Origin: the human T2T-CHM13v2.0 reference genome, Homo sapiens | Assembly (NCBI RefSeq): GCF_009914755.1 | Contig: NC_060932.1 | Strand: one strand, 5' to 3' | Length of the DNA stretch: 64,000 nt | Part shown: positions 13,013 to 24,288 of the stretch, piece by piece | Layout: each line of letters starts with the position of its first letter | Numbering within the stretch: the first letter of the stretch is position 1 | Program-made: the position numbers and the translations under genes | The notes under the pieces: generated by a model | Database searches by the model: none | Told to the model about the DNA's origin: nothing | Seen by the model: only the letters and a program-made list of their open reading frames with translations

Positions 13013-14095
13013 CCCAAGATAATGATCTTATCAGAAATTCTTTGCCTTGCTTGTTACTCATTTAATCCAAGAAAGAAATGATTAATTAAGCACTTAATTT
13101 GTACAAAACCCTGAGCATGGTCATCCAGGCATGCACTAAAAGGTGAGTAAAGTGTAATCTCACTCTTCATGTAGAGAATGAAAATATAATAGATGTTGTA
13201 ATAGGTATGCCAGGTAGACTTTCCAAACAGATCCAACTTTCATTTTAACTTGGTTGGAAACACACATGCTCTAGAGGGGGCAGCCCTTGATGCCACGAAG
13301 CTCGAATCCAGCTATGCTCACTGGACTAAAGGTGGATACAACACCCACCCCAAACTGGGTCAATTAAAGATTTATTGGGGATTTCATGTGGGGTCCAAAG
13401 GTTATCACAGATAATTGGAGTTGTCCACATGGCAGGCACGACATGGTGTGAAAGGAAAAGGTGTCCTAAAATGTATATTTTATTTTACCTATTTTATACA
13501 TAAGGAAAATGAGCCTCAGAAAAATGGAATAAGTTATTCAAGATCACTACAGATTTATATAAATACATATATTTAAATGATTTTTATAATATAGTATATA
13601 TTATAATAATATAACATATAATTATGTATGTTATTAATATATTATAATGCTTATTTTGTATATATACACATATATACACATGTGTATATTTTAATTTTTC
13701 AATGCCTTGGAGCTCAAAAGTGACTTAAATTTAGATACCTCTAAGATGTATATATATGCTTTTCTCTGAGCACTTGCTTTTAATATGCTATTACAGCCAG
13801 AGTATTTTGAGGGCATTTTAAAAGATTTTGAAAATGCCTCATAGAATCTAATGGAATATAAATATTATCCATTGCTTACAAGCCTGAACTACAGTAATAT
13901 GTTCAAGTATTACTTCCTCACCTCATTACCACTTAATTGAATTAAAGCTAAATTTGTATTTATGCTGTGTAATTAGGAATTACAGGTAAGGGACAGGAAC
14001 ATTCTTATTAGTAGCCATCTGTTTGTAAAGAAGTGGCAATAACAGAATTACTAGGAATTCAATAGTGAACGTACACACAAAGAAAATCAGTACTG

Positions 14096-14482
<387 letters not shown>

Positions 14483-15199
14483 CTACTTAGCAGTACACCT
14501 GGGCTAGAACCCCATTTTATCAGCCACCTGGCTTGAAATTTATTTTTCTTTCTAAAACACTTTCCTCCCAAATGCCCAAAAGACCTATGTCCACTGGGCC
14601 CATTCAATAAATGGTTGAAAGTTGAGTGAGCTGTCAGATTCACAAGCAAGTCAACCAAGGATTAAGGAGATCAGCCTCATCACAAAGACTTTTCAGAGAG
14701 CAGCTTGATTAGAATTGATCAACAGTCCTTCTGCTCTGAGAATAAATGACACTCCTCTTCAAAGAACATTAATAACTGATTTCTCTCTCTCATTTTCCTC
14801 TCTTAATATTTTTCTAGCAGTTTTTATGTCACTGGCATAGCATTATCATTGGCATCCAGCATCTCTTAGTTAAGCTTAGGGGTAATGCCCATCTTAATAA
14901 TTAGCAAAATGGAGACATAAAGGACTCAAGTGACTTGCCCAAGTTAATACAGAGTTGAAACCCAACCCAGAGATACGGCCATCCGGATCACTCACTCGTC
15001 AACAAGAACAAATATCTAGGCAGTGATAAAAACATTAAATGACAAGATAATTAATGATGAGCTATACCACGCCAGAAATGAATAAAGATTTCATGCACAT
15101 CCTCATTTACGCTTACATCAACTATCATTCATTTCATAACAGTTTCATCAACATCCACCACGTGCAAGCCACTGTGCTGGGTTTGAAACGGTCTACGGT

Positions 15200-15400
15200 G
15201 CAATGTTGTGTTGTACCTTAGGCTCAAATCCTTGCCCTGCTCTTCACTAGCTGTGTGACCTTGGGTAAAAACTTTAATATCTGCAAATTTTCTTATCTGG
15301 AAAACAACAACAACAATAACACTTACCTCTTAGCATCACAATGATAAGTACAACATCCAAAATGATCTGTAAATTCACTGACATGGCAAATATCTGAATG
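15200..15400 (+). mobile_element. MIR SINE
   Basis: CTCAAATCCTTGCCCTGCTCTTCACTAGCTGTGTGACCTTGGGTAA MIR core. Confidence 0.75.
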
Positions 15401-17120
15401 AAGACTCAAAAGAAGTCACCATGATGGGCAAATGGATAAAGGAAGGCTGATATCATTATCGGAACTATACAGAATAAAAGGCAAGATTCTTGTTCTCAAG
15501 AAATTTTGTCTTAAGGAGTTAAGTAGTGATGATCACTCATACAAGGAGTAGTTGACAAGAGCCTTCTTGTGACTGAGACAAAATAGTGTGGGAACATGGA
15601 GAGATTTTTTTTGGTTTGTGCCTTTCTAGAGGACTTCAAAAAGACTGTAGTCTCAAGCAAGACCTTGAAGGATAAGTATAATTTGACAAACGTGGGGAAG
15701 ATGGGCACAGTGAGTAAAAGGAATAAAATAAATGATGGTATAGGAATGAAAAAAAAAGGTAACTGGCAAATATTAATTAATTGGCCAAGCTTATTGGAAC
15801 AGAATACGTATCTAGTTGAGGCTGATGTTAAGACTAAATAGGAAAGTCAGGGACAACACAGAGATTCTCCAAGGCAGATTAGGGAAAAGACCTGTCCAAC
15901 AGGCCTTGCGCAAAGGAAAAGGCACCATTCACATGCTTCATCTCTACCTTCACTCCTTCCTCCCGTGATGGCAGCTGGCTAGAGGTAAATTGTGTTCAGA
16001 GCCCTGTGTCTCGTTTTTATGATTTATTATTTCAGTTTTTCAGCAGGGTGAGAATATAGAGTTTGCTGGATGGCACATACTCAGGGAATTTATGTTGCAT
16101 AGCTAAACATCATGTCTGTCTATCTCTTCCCAGTAATCTCCGATAATACCCAAATGGGCTTTTTATTTTAAACATCTGGACAGCCTTATGGTGGTTGAGA
16201 ATTAAGGTGCTGAGTGAAGAAAACAGTGCAGTTATAAAGTCTGTCGGATAAACAAAGCTTTCTCTGGAACATTAACTCCTTTCCTGAGAAATCTTCTCTG
16301 TTCCTCAAAATGCACTTAGTAACTTTACATCTTCATCTCCAGGTACCACTTTTCTTTTGCAAATACTCTCATGGCATTTAATGGGGCCATTAAGGTAGGA
16401 AACTATGGGATATTAGCATAAAAAGAACATTGCCAGAAAAAAAAAAATTGCAAAATGCTTTCTCTCACACACACTCTCACCACCCCCACGCCTTTGAAGT
16501 TTGCTTTTGTTTTATAACAGCAGAAATTCCCATTGTGGGTGGTAATTTTTGCTAGATAATAACTCTGTTGACACTGCCACACACTGGCAAAAGTTGTGTA
16601 ACTCAGGAAAAGGTGAGAGACTGAAATGGAATATAATCAGATAGTTTTATTTGTTTTTAATACACACAGCCATTCAATAAATAAAGGCTGTTGGGTTTTA
16701 TCTTCCTTCTTAGAGATCTCTATGGCTTCTTCTCACTCTAGAATGGTGGAGAAGTATGAGCAGTCTTTGACACCTCTGAGCCTTTGCAAATGCGTGCCAT
16801 CTGCTGGGTGCCCTCCTTGTCCTCAGTTTCCAGTAAACACTCCCTCACTCTCCAAGATTCAGTTCACATGTTTTCTTTAGTATGAGACTGTCTAGACCCC
16901 ACAAGGGAGAGATGGAAGCTCCCTGCTTCAAGTTATCATAAAACCATACCAACACTTCTCACATGTCCTGTCATTGCATTTATAGGCATATGGCCCCAAC
17001 CAGGCTAAGAGCAACAACTAGGGCTGGGGGTCGGGAGTGTGGATTACTTCATTCTTTATCACTATTTTCTGGTTACTTATACAGTGCCTACCACAGAGTT
17101 AGGCATTCAACATATATTTG

Positions 17121-17598
17121 TGTATTAGTTTTCCACTGATGCATAACAAGGTACCATAAACTTTGCACCTTAAAGTAACACATATTATCTTAGAGCTTTA
17201 ATAGGTCAAAGGCCCAGGCAGGGCTGGTTGAGTGCCCCACTTTGGCTCTCACAATATGATAATCAAGGTATCATACAGGACTGAGTTCTCACGAGAGCCT
17301 CAACTCTGGGGAAGAATCTGCTTCAGGCTCACTAAGGTTATTGACAGAATTCAATTCTTGTAGCTGTAGGACTCATGTCAGCTTTCCTCTTCACAGCTAG
17401 CAAGAACAAGATAGCAGAGACAGTCCACTAACAAGGCAGAGTTTTCTATGGGATGATCACAAGAGCCTTGCCTCATCTTTGCACATTCTGTTGATGAGAA
17501 GAGAACCACAAGTCTCCCTTCATGGAAAGGGAGTATACAAAGGCATGAATAGCAGGAAGTGGGATCACACAGGCCCCCTTTATTGTCTGTCCATCACA
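17121..17598 (-). mobile_element. MLT1E/F-like LTR inserted in an L2 3' tail
   Basis: TGTATTAGTTTTCCACTGATGCATAACAA...GGGGAAGAATCTGCTTC...GTCTGTCCATCACA. Confidence 0.75.
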
Positions 17599-17771
17599 GA
17601 ATGTGTTTAACAAATCTCTAATCCAAATGAACTGCTTTGTTTTTTTCTAATCATAGCATGATTAAACCTAGTGTTGCTTCATGCCATGTCTTTTAGGTAT
17701 TCAATGTCCTTTGCTTACTATCTGCCTCGGAATGCACAGGTTCTTACAGGGCAGAGTTCGTGTGTATCCTG

Positions 17772-19271
17772 TTAGGACTAAACTCTGACCTTTTTCTTCC
17801 CTTCTCCAAATTCCTATCTAAAAGGCCTGGGTAGTCACGCCTGTAAACCAAAAATAAAATCCAAAGGCCCCCACCCAACCATCTAAATGAACTCCCTCCT
17901 TGGCCAGGGCACTCCAAATTTAACCTGAAAGGCTGGTTCAGGCCATGACATGAGAGGGTGAGGGTGGGCATGCCTCATTATGCCCTCCTTGCTTTTGGAA
18001 TTCAGGAAAAGCTGATCAGCATTTAACATCAACACAGACCTTAAGTCTGATAAGGAACATTGACAATCTATTCTCTCTGAAGCCTGCTACCTGCAGGCTT
18101 CATCTGCATGATAAAACGCTGGTCTCCACAACCCCTTATTGTAACCCAAACATTCCTTTCTATGGACAATAACTGTTTTAACAATTGCCAGTCATCAAGT
18201 TTTGAAATCTGTCTATAATCTGGAAGCCTCGCTGCTTCGAGTTGTCTCAGCTTACCAAACAGAACCAATGTATGTCTTAAATGCATTTGATTGATGTCTC
18301 AGGTCTTCCTAAAATGGATAAAAGCAAGCTGTGCCCCAACCACCTTGCGCACATGTTCTCAGGGTCTACTGAGGGCTGTGTCCCAGGCATGGTCCCTCAT
18401 ATTTGGCTCAGAATAAATTTCTTCAAATATTTTACAGACTTTGTCTCTTTTGGTTGGCATGCCCTACAAACATAAAGTCTCATCAGAGGGGTTTTATTCA
18501 ACCCAGGATAATGTGGCTCACTTTGCAATGTAACTCTGGCATAGCCTCACATGAAAGGTCATGAAGGAAATCAAAATATTTTAACCCCAAATATGTTTCT
18601 TTGCCATATCTTGAAATAGCTCTGCAAAGCTGTCACTTGCAGGGAAAAACTACATTCTGTAGAGAATCCCCTTCCCTTTCCGGGGCTTTTTCCTCAATAA
18701 AAAACCTTAGCAAGGGCTTAGCATATGCTAGGTACTCAATACTAGGTGTCAAATAAATGATGTATTGAAGTAATGAAGAGAGCATGAGAGAGTGCTCAAT
18801 CTTTGGTATGATTTAGGGGATAATTAGGCACTTTAAAAAAAAACAATCATAATCTATACTCTCTGAAGCCTGCTACATCTTCATCTGCAGGCTTCATCTG
18901 CAAAATGGAAACCTTGAGCTCCACAACCCCTTATCCTAATTCAGACACTCTCTTCTATTGATTCTAGGTCTTCAGACGATAACTTTACTCTTTCAACCAA
19001 TTGCCAATTAGAAAATCCTTGAATCCTTCTACAACCTGGAAGCCCCCACTTTGAGTTGTCCCACCTTTATGGACCAAACCAATGTACATCTTACATGTAT
19101 TGATTGATGTATTATGCCTCCCTAAATTGTATGAATTCAAGCTGTAGCCCAACCACCTTATACACATGTTCTTAGGATCTCTTGAGACTGTGACTCGGGT
19201 CATTAGTCACTCATAATTGGCTCAGACTAAATCTCTTCAAATATTTTACAAAGGTTGACTCTTCATTGACA
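17772..19271 (+). mobile_element. Outer MER4D/E-like ERV1 solo LTR, split by insertions
   Basis: T(G>T)AGGACTAAACTCTGA start and ...TTGACA end; 4-bp TSD CCTG at 17768-17771 and 19272-19275; host is an L2 3' end. Confidence 0.85.
17842..18459 (+). mobile_element. Inner MER4B-like solo LTR nested in the outer MER4 LTR
   Basis: TGTAAACCAAAAATAAAAT...TTGGCA; 4-bp TSD CGCC/TGCC (CpG decay); the outer LTR resumes as ...GCCCTACAAA. Confidence 0.88.
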
Positions 19272-20870
19272 CCTGTTTGAGTACGTAGCCTATGTTAAGC
19301 CCTTGCTAAGCACTATGAATATATTGTTAAACAGGTGTGTCAAATGAATGAGTCAAATGTGTCAAATGAATGAGTTATTAATCAATGAAAGAGTATGAAA
19401 GTGTGCTCAATCCTTGGTACGAGTCATACAAATGTGAAACTTACCCTTCTTGAAGAAATATTTCCTTTCATATTCTTTAAGTATTGGCTTGGGGTGAATA
19501 AGATGCCAACTGCTACATCCTATGCCAGTAACTCAATTCTTTCTTTCTAAGGGCCTCTTCTTTAAAGCACCGCTGCATGGACAAGTCCCATAACAGGGGC
19601 TTTTGCCTCAGGCCAGAAAGACTGAAGTTATTCAAAGTATGAAATAGCCAGAAATAAAAGATAACTGAAAGAGAACTCTCAACTCTCCTGCAAAGTTTCT
19701 TCTAGGTCCTTGGATTTGCACCCTCTCTTCTTCCATGCCTTATACGCTCCAGCTTTGATTCCATTCTGCCTATCTTGTACACATTTATGAGTTTTCCCTG
19801 AGCCCTGGTTCATCCTTTCTTGTCTTGATTCTCTTGGACCAACTACCTTGTATAGCCCTAAAACCCCAATTCTCTAATCTTAGTCAATTTGTACTTCATT
19901 TTGACTTCCAGAAGTGCCCATAGGTGAGCAGTTACTTGGGTCAGGAATAACTGTGTCTGCTCTACTGCCAGCCTCCTAGGAGTGGCCTGATTCAACCTGG
20001 ATAGGTCTTGTAGTTCCAAATCTGATGGCTCATCTAGAATCTCATCGCCTTCAAAGACTAAAGAAAACATTTTGAAAGGGGAAAGATGTGAACACTAACT
20101 ATTTAGGTTTCTGTTCTTATCAGTGTCCTTTGATCCAAAGCTCTTTCAGACAAGGAAGGAATACGGTTAACATGCTACATATATAGACATCAATTTCAAA
20201 CTTACAGAGTTAATATACTTCATAGATACACATCAATTTCAAACTTTCCTGATGTTTGCAAAAGAATGCAGATTATCATTTCCTTTCTTCTTTCATTTCC
20301 TCCTTCTTCATTCACCCATTATTCCACAAACAATAATGAATCGTTAGAAGAAAAATGAGTAAAAACAGATGGTAGAGGGAGGTTAAGCTCACAAAATACT
20401 GGTGCATTCCTCTACATTTCCCTGTCTTCCATGCAGTTATATTGGGTCCACATAATTTTATCCTGAAAAGGGATGTGTATTATTTGTATGTCATCTCTAT
20501 TTCTAGAGCCAAGGCGCACCCTGTCCATTCCTTTCCTAATCTTCAGCAGTGACCTTGGAGAATGTATTTTGAGATGGTATAGTTGCAGGGTGAAAGAGCC
20601 TAAATTCCTAAGTTATTGCGAGGCCAAGCACAGCTCTGCAGAGCTGTCTAAACACCATAGGTCTTTGGGTGAACAAGAAAAGCTTTGATTGTACTTAGTG
20701 AAGGATATTACTGCAGCATAGATAAATGGCATACAAGAAAGAATTTCATACATATAGGAGAATTTCAAAGGTCAACAGTTTGACATCTGTATTGTCCTGA
20801 GCCAGAAATGAACTGAAAATGATCTCTCTCTCTGTCGCTCAACTATTTACCTATCTACCTCCAAACTATA

Positions 20871-20965
20871 TACTATATATAACTATATATGTATATATCA
20901 CCATCAACTATATATATATATATATATCACCATCAACTATATATATATATATATATATATGTATA
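20871..20965. repeat. (TA)n microsatellite with duplicated TATATCACCATCAAC spacer
   Basis: Read directly from the sequence. Confidence 0.9.
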
Positions 20966-21209
20966 TTTTCCCTGAGCACATCTTGCTTGTTAATTATGCT
21001 TTTATATGCATTATTATGGGGATGATAGTCTATATGTTATATTTAGTCTAATGAAATAATTCCGTGAATAATGAGGTTTTAGAATGTATTTAACAAGTAT
21101 TCAAATAATGCTTATGGTCTTTCATCTGGTCAACAACAGTAACCCCTCAACTATAGACATTTCTGTACATTATTAAAAACAGTGAATTCTGACAATTAAG
21201 AGTTAGGCA

Positions 21210-21492
21210 TCATTCTCAGCAAACTAACACAGAAACAGAAAACCAAACACCACATGTTCTCACCCATAAGTGGGAGTTTAACAATGAGAACACATGGACA
21301 CAGGGAGGGGAACATCACACACCAGGGCCTGTCAAGGGGTTGGGGGCAAGGAGAGGGATAGCATTAGTGGAAATACCTAATGTAGATGATGGGTTAATGG
21401 GTGCAGCAAACCACCATGGCACATGTATACCTATGTAACAAACCTGCACGTTCTGCACATGTATCCCAGAACTTAAAGTATAATAATAAAAA
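21210..21492 (+). mobile_element. 5'-truncated L1PA5/6-like 3' end inserted in a MIR
   Basis: L1PA 3'UTR through ACTTAAAGTATAATAATAAAA; 13-bp TSD TAAGAGTTAGGCA at 21197-21209 and 21493-21505. Confidence 0.93.
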
Positions 21493-21799
21493 TAAGAGTT
21501 AGGCACTATTGTGTCTATTACGCAGATAAGACAGAGGCACAGAGAAGATTTCATATAAGTGGTTAGTGGCAGACTTGGGATTTGGATCAGTCAACCTGGT
21601 TTCAGAGTCTGTGTAGTTAATTACTATTGTATGCTAGGCATCATAGCAGCAACTGTTCAGATTTACCCCAGAGTAAATATACCAGTTCATTTCATTTCAT
21701 GTGAATGTATGCAGCTGCGTCAATATATTTGTCTGGTGGACACTGAGGAGACAGTGTGAACTAGAGAAACTAACTATGGTGCCTCTTGTCCCCCCATGT

Positions 21800-23390
21800 G
21801 AGTAGTAGGATGGCTCATATTCTGCTTTCCGAGCTGTCTCCTCCTCTGCCATCCTGTTCCCACTTCAGTCCTATGATATATGCCAACCTAATACTATCTG
21901 CATCTCCTGTGGTTTTTTAAATAGCCATATCACAGTAGCTATCCAAGGTCCAAATATCAAATCAGATGACTGTTTTCCTGGTCTCAGACTGGACCCTTCT
22001 GTTGGATTTGACACACAACACTCTCTCCTTGAGGAAATGCCTTTATAGTGTCTTCCTTTTGCATTATTCTAGTCTCTTTGTTGATATGTCTTCGAAGAGG
22101 TCTTGAGTTCTTCTCTAAACTTTTCATTACTCACTAGACTTGGATAACCTCTCTTCTCCAAAGGTCTTTTCTATCTGTAAACTTCTATACCTCTTCTCTA
22201 ATTGAATCTGATTTTTCTTAATGAACTTGACCACTTTTATCCAATCACTTACATGATTCCTTCTCTTTTTTTGTGTGATGCCAAGTTCTCCTGATTCTCA
22301 TGTGACCTCCCTAACAATTTCCCCAGCGTTCCTTTGATTGGTTTTTCCCCTTCCTCTCCTGCTTGACCTTTAATTACCAGCAAATCTTAGGTCTCTATCT
22401 TAAGTCCTCTTCTCTCCTTGGTCTACATATTTTGAGTTGTCCCTCCTTTATGGACCAAACCAATGTACATCTTACATGTATTGATTGATGTATTATCCCT
22501 AAATTGTATTAATTCAAGCTGTAGCCCAACCACCTTAGACACATGTTCTTAGGATCTCTTGAGGCTGTGACTTGGGCCATTGGTCACTCATATTTGGCTC
22601 AGACTAAATCTCTTCAAATATTTTACAGAGGTTGACTCTCCCTTAACACCTGTTTAACAATATATTCATAGTGTTTAGCAAGGGCTTAACATATGCTATG
22701 TACTCAATGGGTAAGTTCATTCCATTTCATAATAGTAAACTCCACCTATGAGCGTCTATGGCACAAATCTTTATCTCTAGATCTTTCCTGAACTCTGTAA
22801 TGCCTATTTGAATCCCCTCTTATAAGTCTAGTTGATATCTCAAACTTCAATTTTCTAAAGCAGAATTCTTGAATAACCCTTCACAATTATTATTCCCTAA
22901 TTTTTTCTTCTCTCCAATAAATTGTTCACATCCCTATTTAAGGCATTATCCTTCCTTACTGCTTCTCTCATACCTACATCCAATCCATCACCAAGTCTAG
23001 CCAATCTTGCCAACAAAACATATTCTGTTCTGATGAACTTCTCTCAATGACATTACTATTCCCCTAGTGCAAATTTCCATTATGTCTCACCAAGTGTATG
23101 AGAGCCTCTCAACTATATTCTCTGAGTCTTTTCCAGCTGCCTTAAATCATATTCTCACCAAAACAGCCAGCATAATCTTGTAAAAATATAACCCAACACA
23201 TATCACAATCTCCTGATGACTTCTTATTACAAGTGATGGTTTGCCTTGGCTTATAAAGCCACAGTGGCTTATGACTTGGTCTTCAGAATCATTTGTGAAA
23301 CTTTTTTTGATGATCAGATGCCTCTGTCCCACAAAGTATTGTGCAGTAATCTCATATTAGTCTTTTCCTTCGCCTTTAACATAATTACTC
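21800..23390 (+). mobile_element. Long degenerate L2 fragment
   Basis: Pyrimidine-rich L2 body (CCTCTTCTCTCC..CTACA; ACATCCAATCCATCACCAAGTC); interrupted at 22431-22708. Confidence 0.65.
22431..22708 (+). repeat. Local duplicate of the MER4 LTR 3' end plus its flank (copy of about 19050-19335)
   Basis: About 94-95% identical to 19050-19271 by eye (about 12 substitutions and a 4-bp gap); continues into the same CCTGTTT flank. Confidence 0.92.
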
Positions 23391-23895
23391 AATTCTACTG
23401 ATTAAGTTACAAGATGAATGAAAGGGCTGAAGAGAACCTTAGCAGGAAAAACTGGAAAAGAAGCTGTTTCATGCTGAATGTTCTCTACCATCTTTTCTTG
23501 ATGCACTCTTGTATTAACTATGCTTTGCCCAACACCTTGAGGGTTACCAGGTTCTGTGTGAACGTTGCAGCCTGAAGTCTAACTAACTCCACAGGACATC
23601 ATTTATATGGAGTAAGTTACACAGAGCTCTTTCCCTACACCTCCAGCATGAGTGAATCCTCAGCTTCTGCCTGTAAGGACTGAGGAACCTTGATTTTATT
23701 AGACATGCTAACATTTGGGTCCCACTTCCATCACAAAATTAGGACTGAAATTGTATAATCAACTAGGAAATAAATAAAAGCAGTCTAAGACACTGTGAAA
23801 AAAATGTTTAAATATCTCCACTTAACATATAAACAAATGCAAGCTGGAAGGTCATGCATAGGTCAATGTTACATATAGGAAAAGTGCAAGCACTT

Positions 23896-24288
23896 TTGGG
23901 GGAGGTTTCTAGTAACTCTGCTAAGAATAAAAGATCAGAACTGGGATGTGAGGTGGCTCAAGAGCCATGATGTGCAGTTTGACACCAACAAAATTAATTT
24001 TCTACTAAAACAAAAACAATGCCACAGTTGCAAGAAATATCATTGAATTCAGAGACTTTACAACATAACATACACAATGATGAGGCTACAAACCCAAAGT
24101 GCATGAGATTGGCATATAAATAACCAAGAAAACGTGACCAAGACACAAAAGAAATGAAAACCAGCTGAGAAAAATCTCAGTATGACATGCTGAAATTAAC
24201 ATCATATATGGACTTGAAAGTGGCTGTGTTACTATGTTCAATGAAGTAAAAAATATATTTCCTTTAATAAATGAAAAGATAGAAACTC
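23896..24288 (+). repeat. Local duplicate of an old L1 5' segment (matches 26022-26403)
   Basis: Shared long exact blocks, e.g. AAGAGCCATGATGTGCAGTTTGACACCAACAAAATTAATTTT; roughly 85% identity by eye. Confidence 0.88.

Noticed and set aside
15880-16760. Unique stretch with scattered transcription-factor-like motifs
   Set aside because: Short motifs at chance frequency; an enhancer cannot be supported without conservation or chromatin data.
17842-22708. Three similar MER4 3' ends read as the LTRs of one provirus or as a repeat array
   Set aside because: No PBS or internal ERV sequence lies between them; TSDs and shared flank show one nested insertion plus one local copy.
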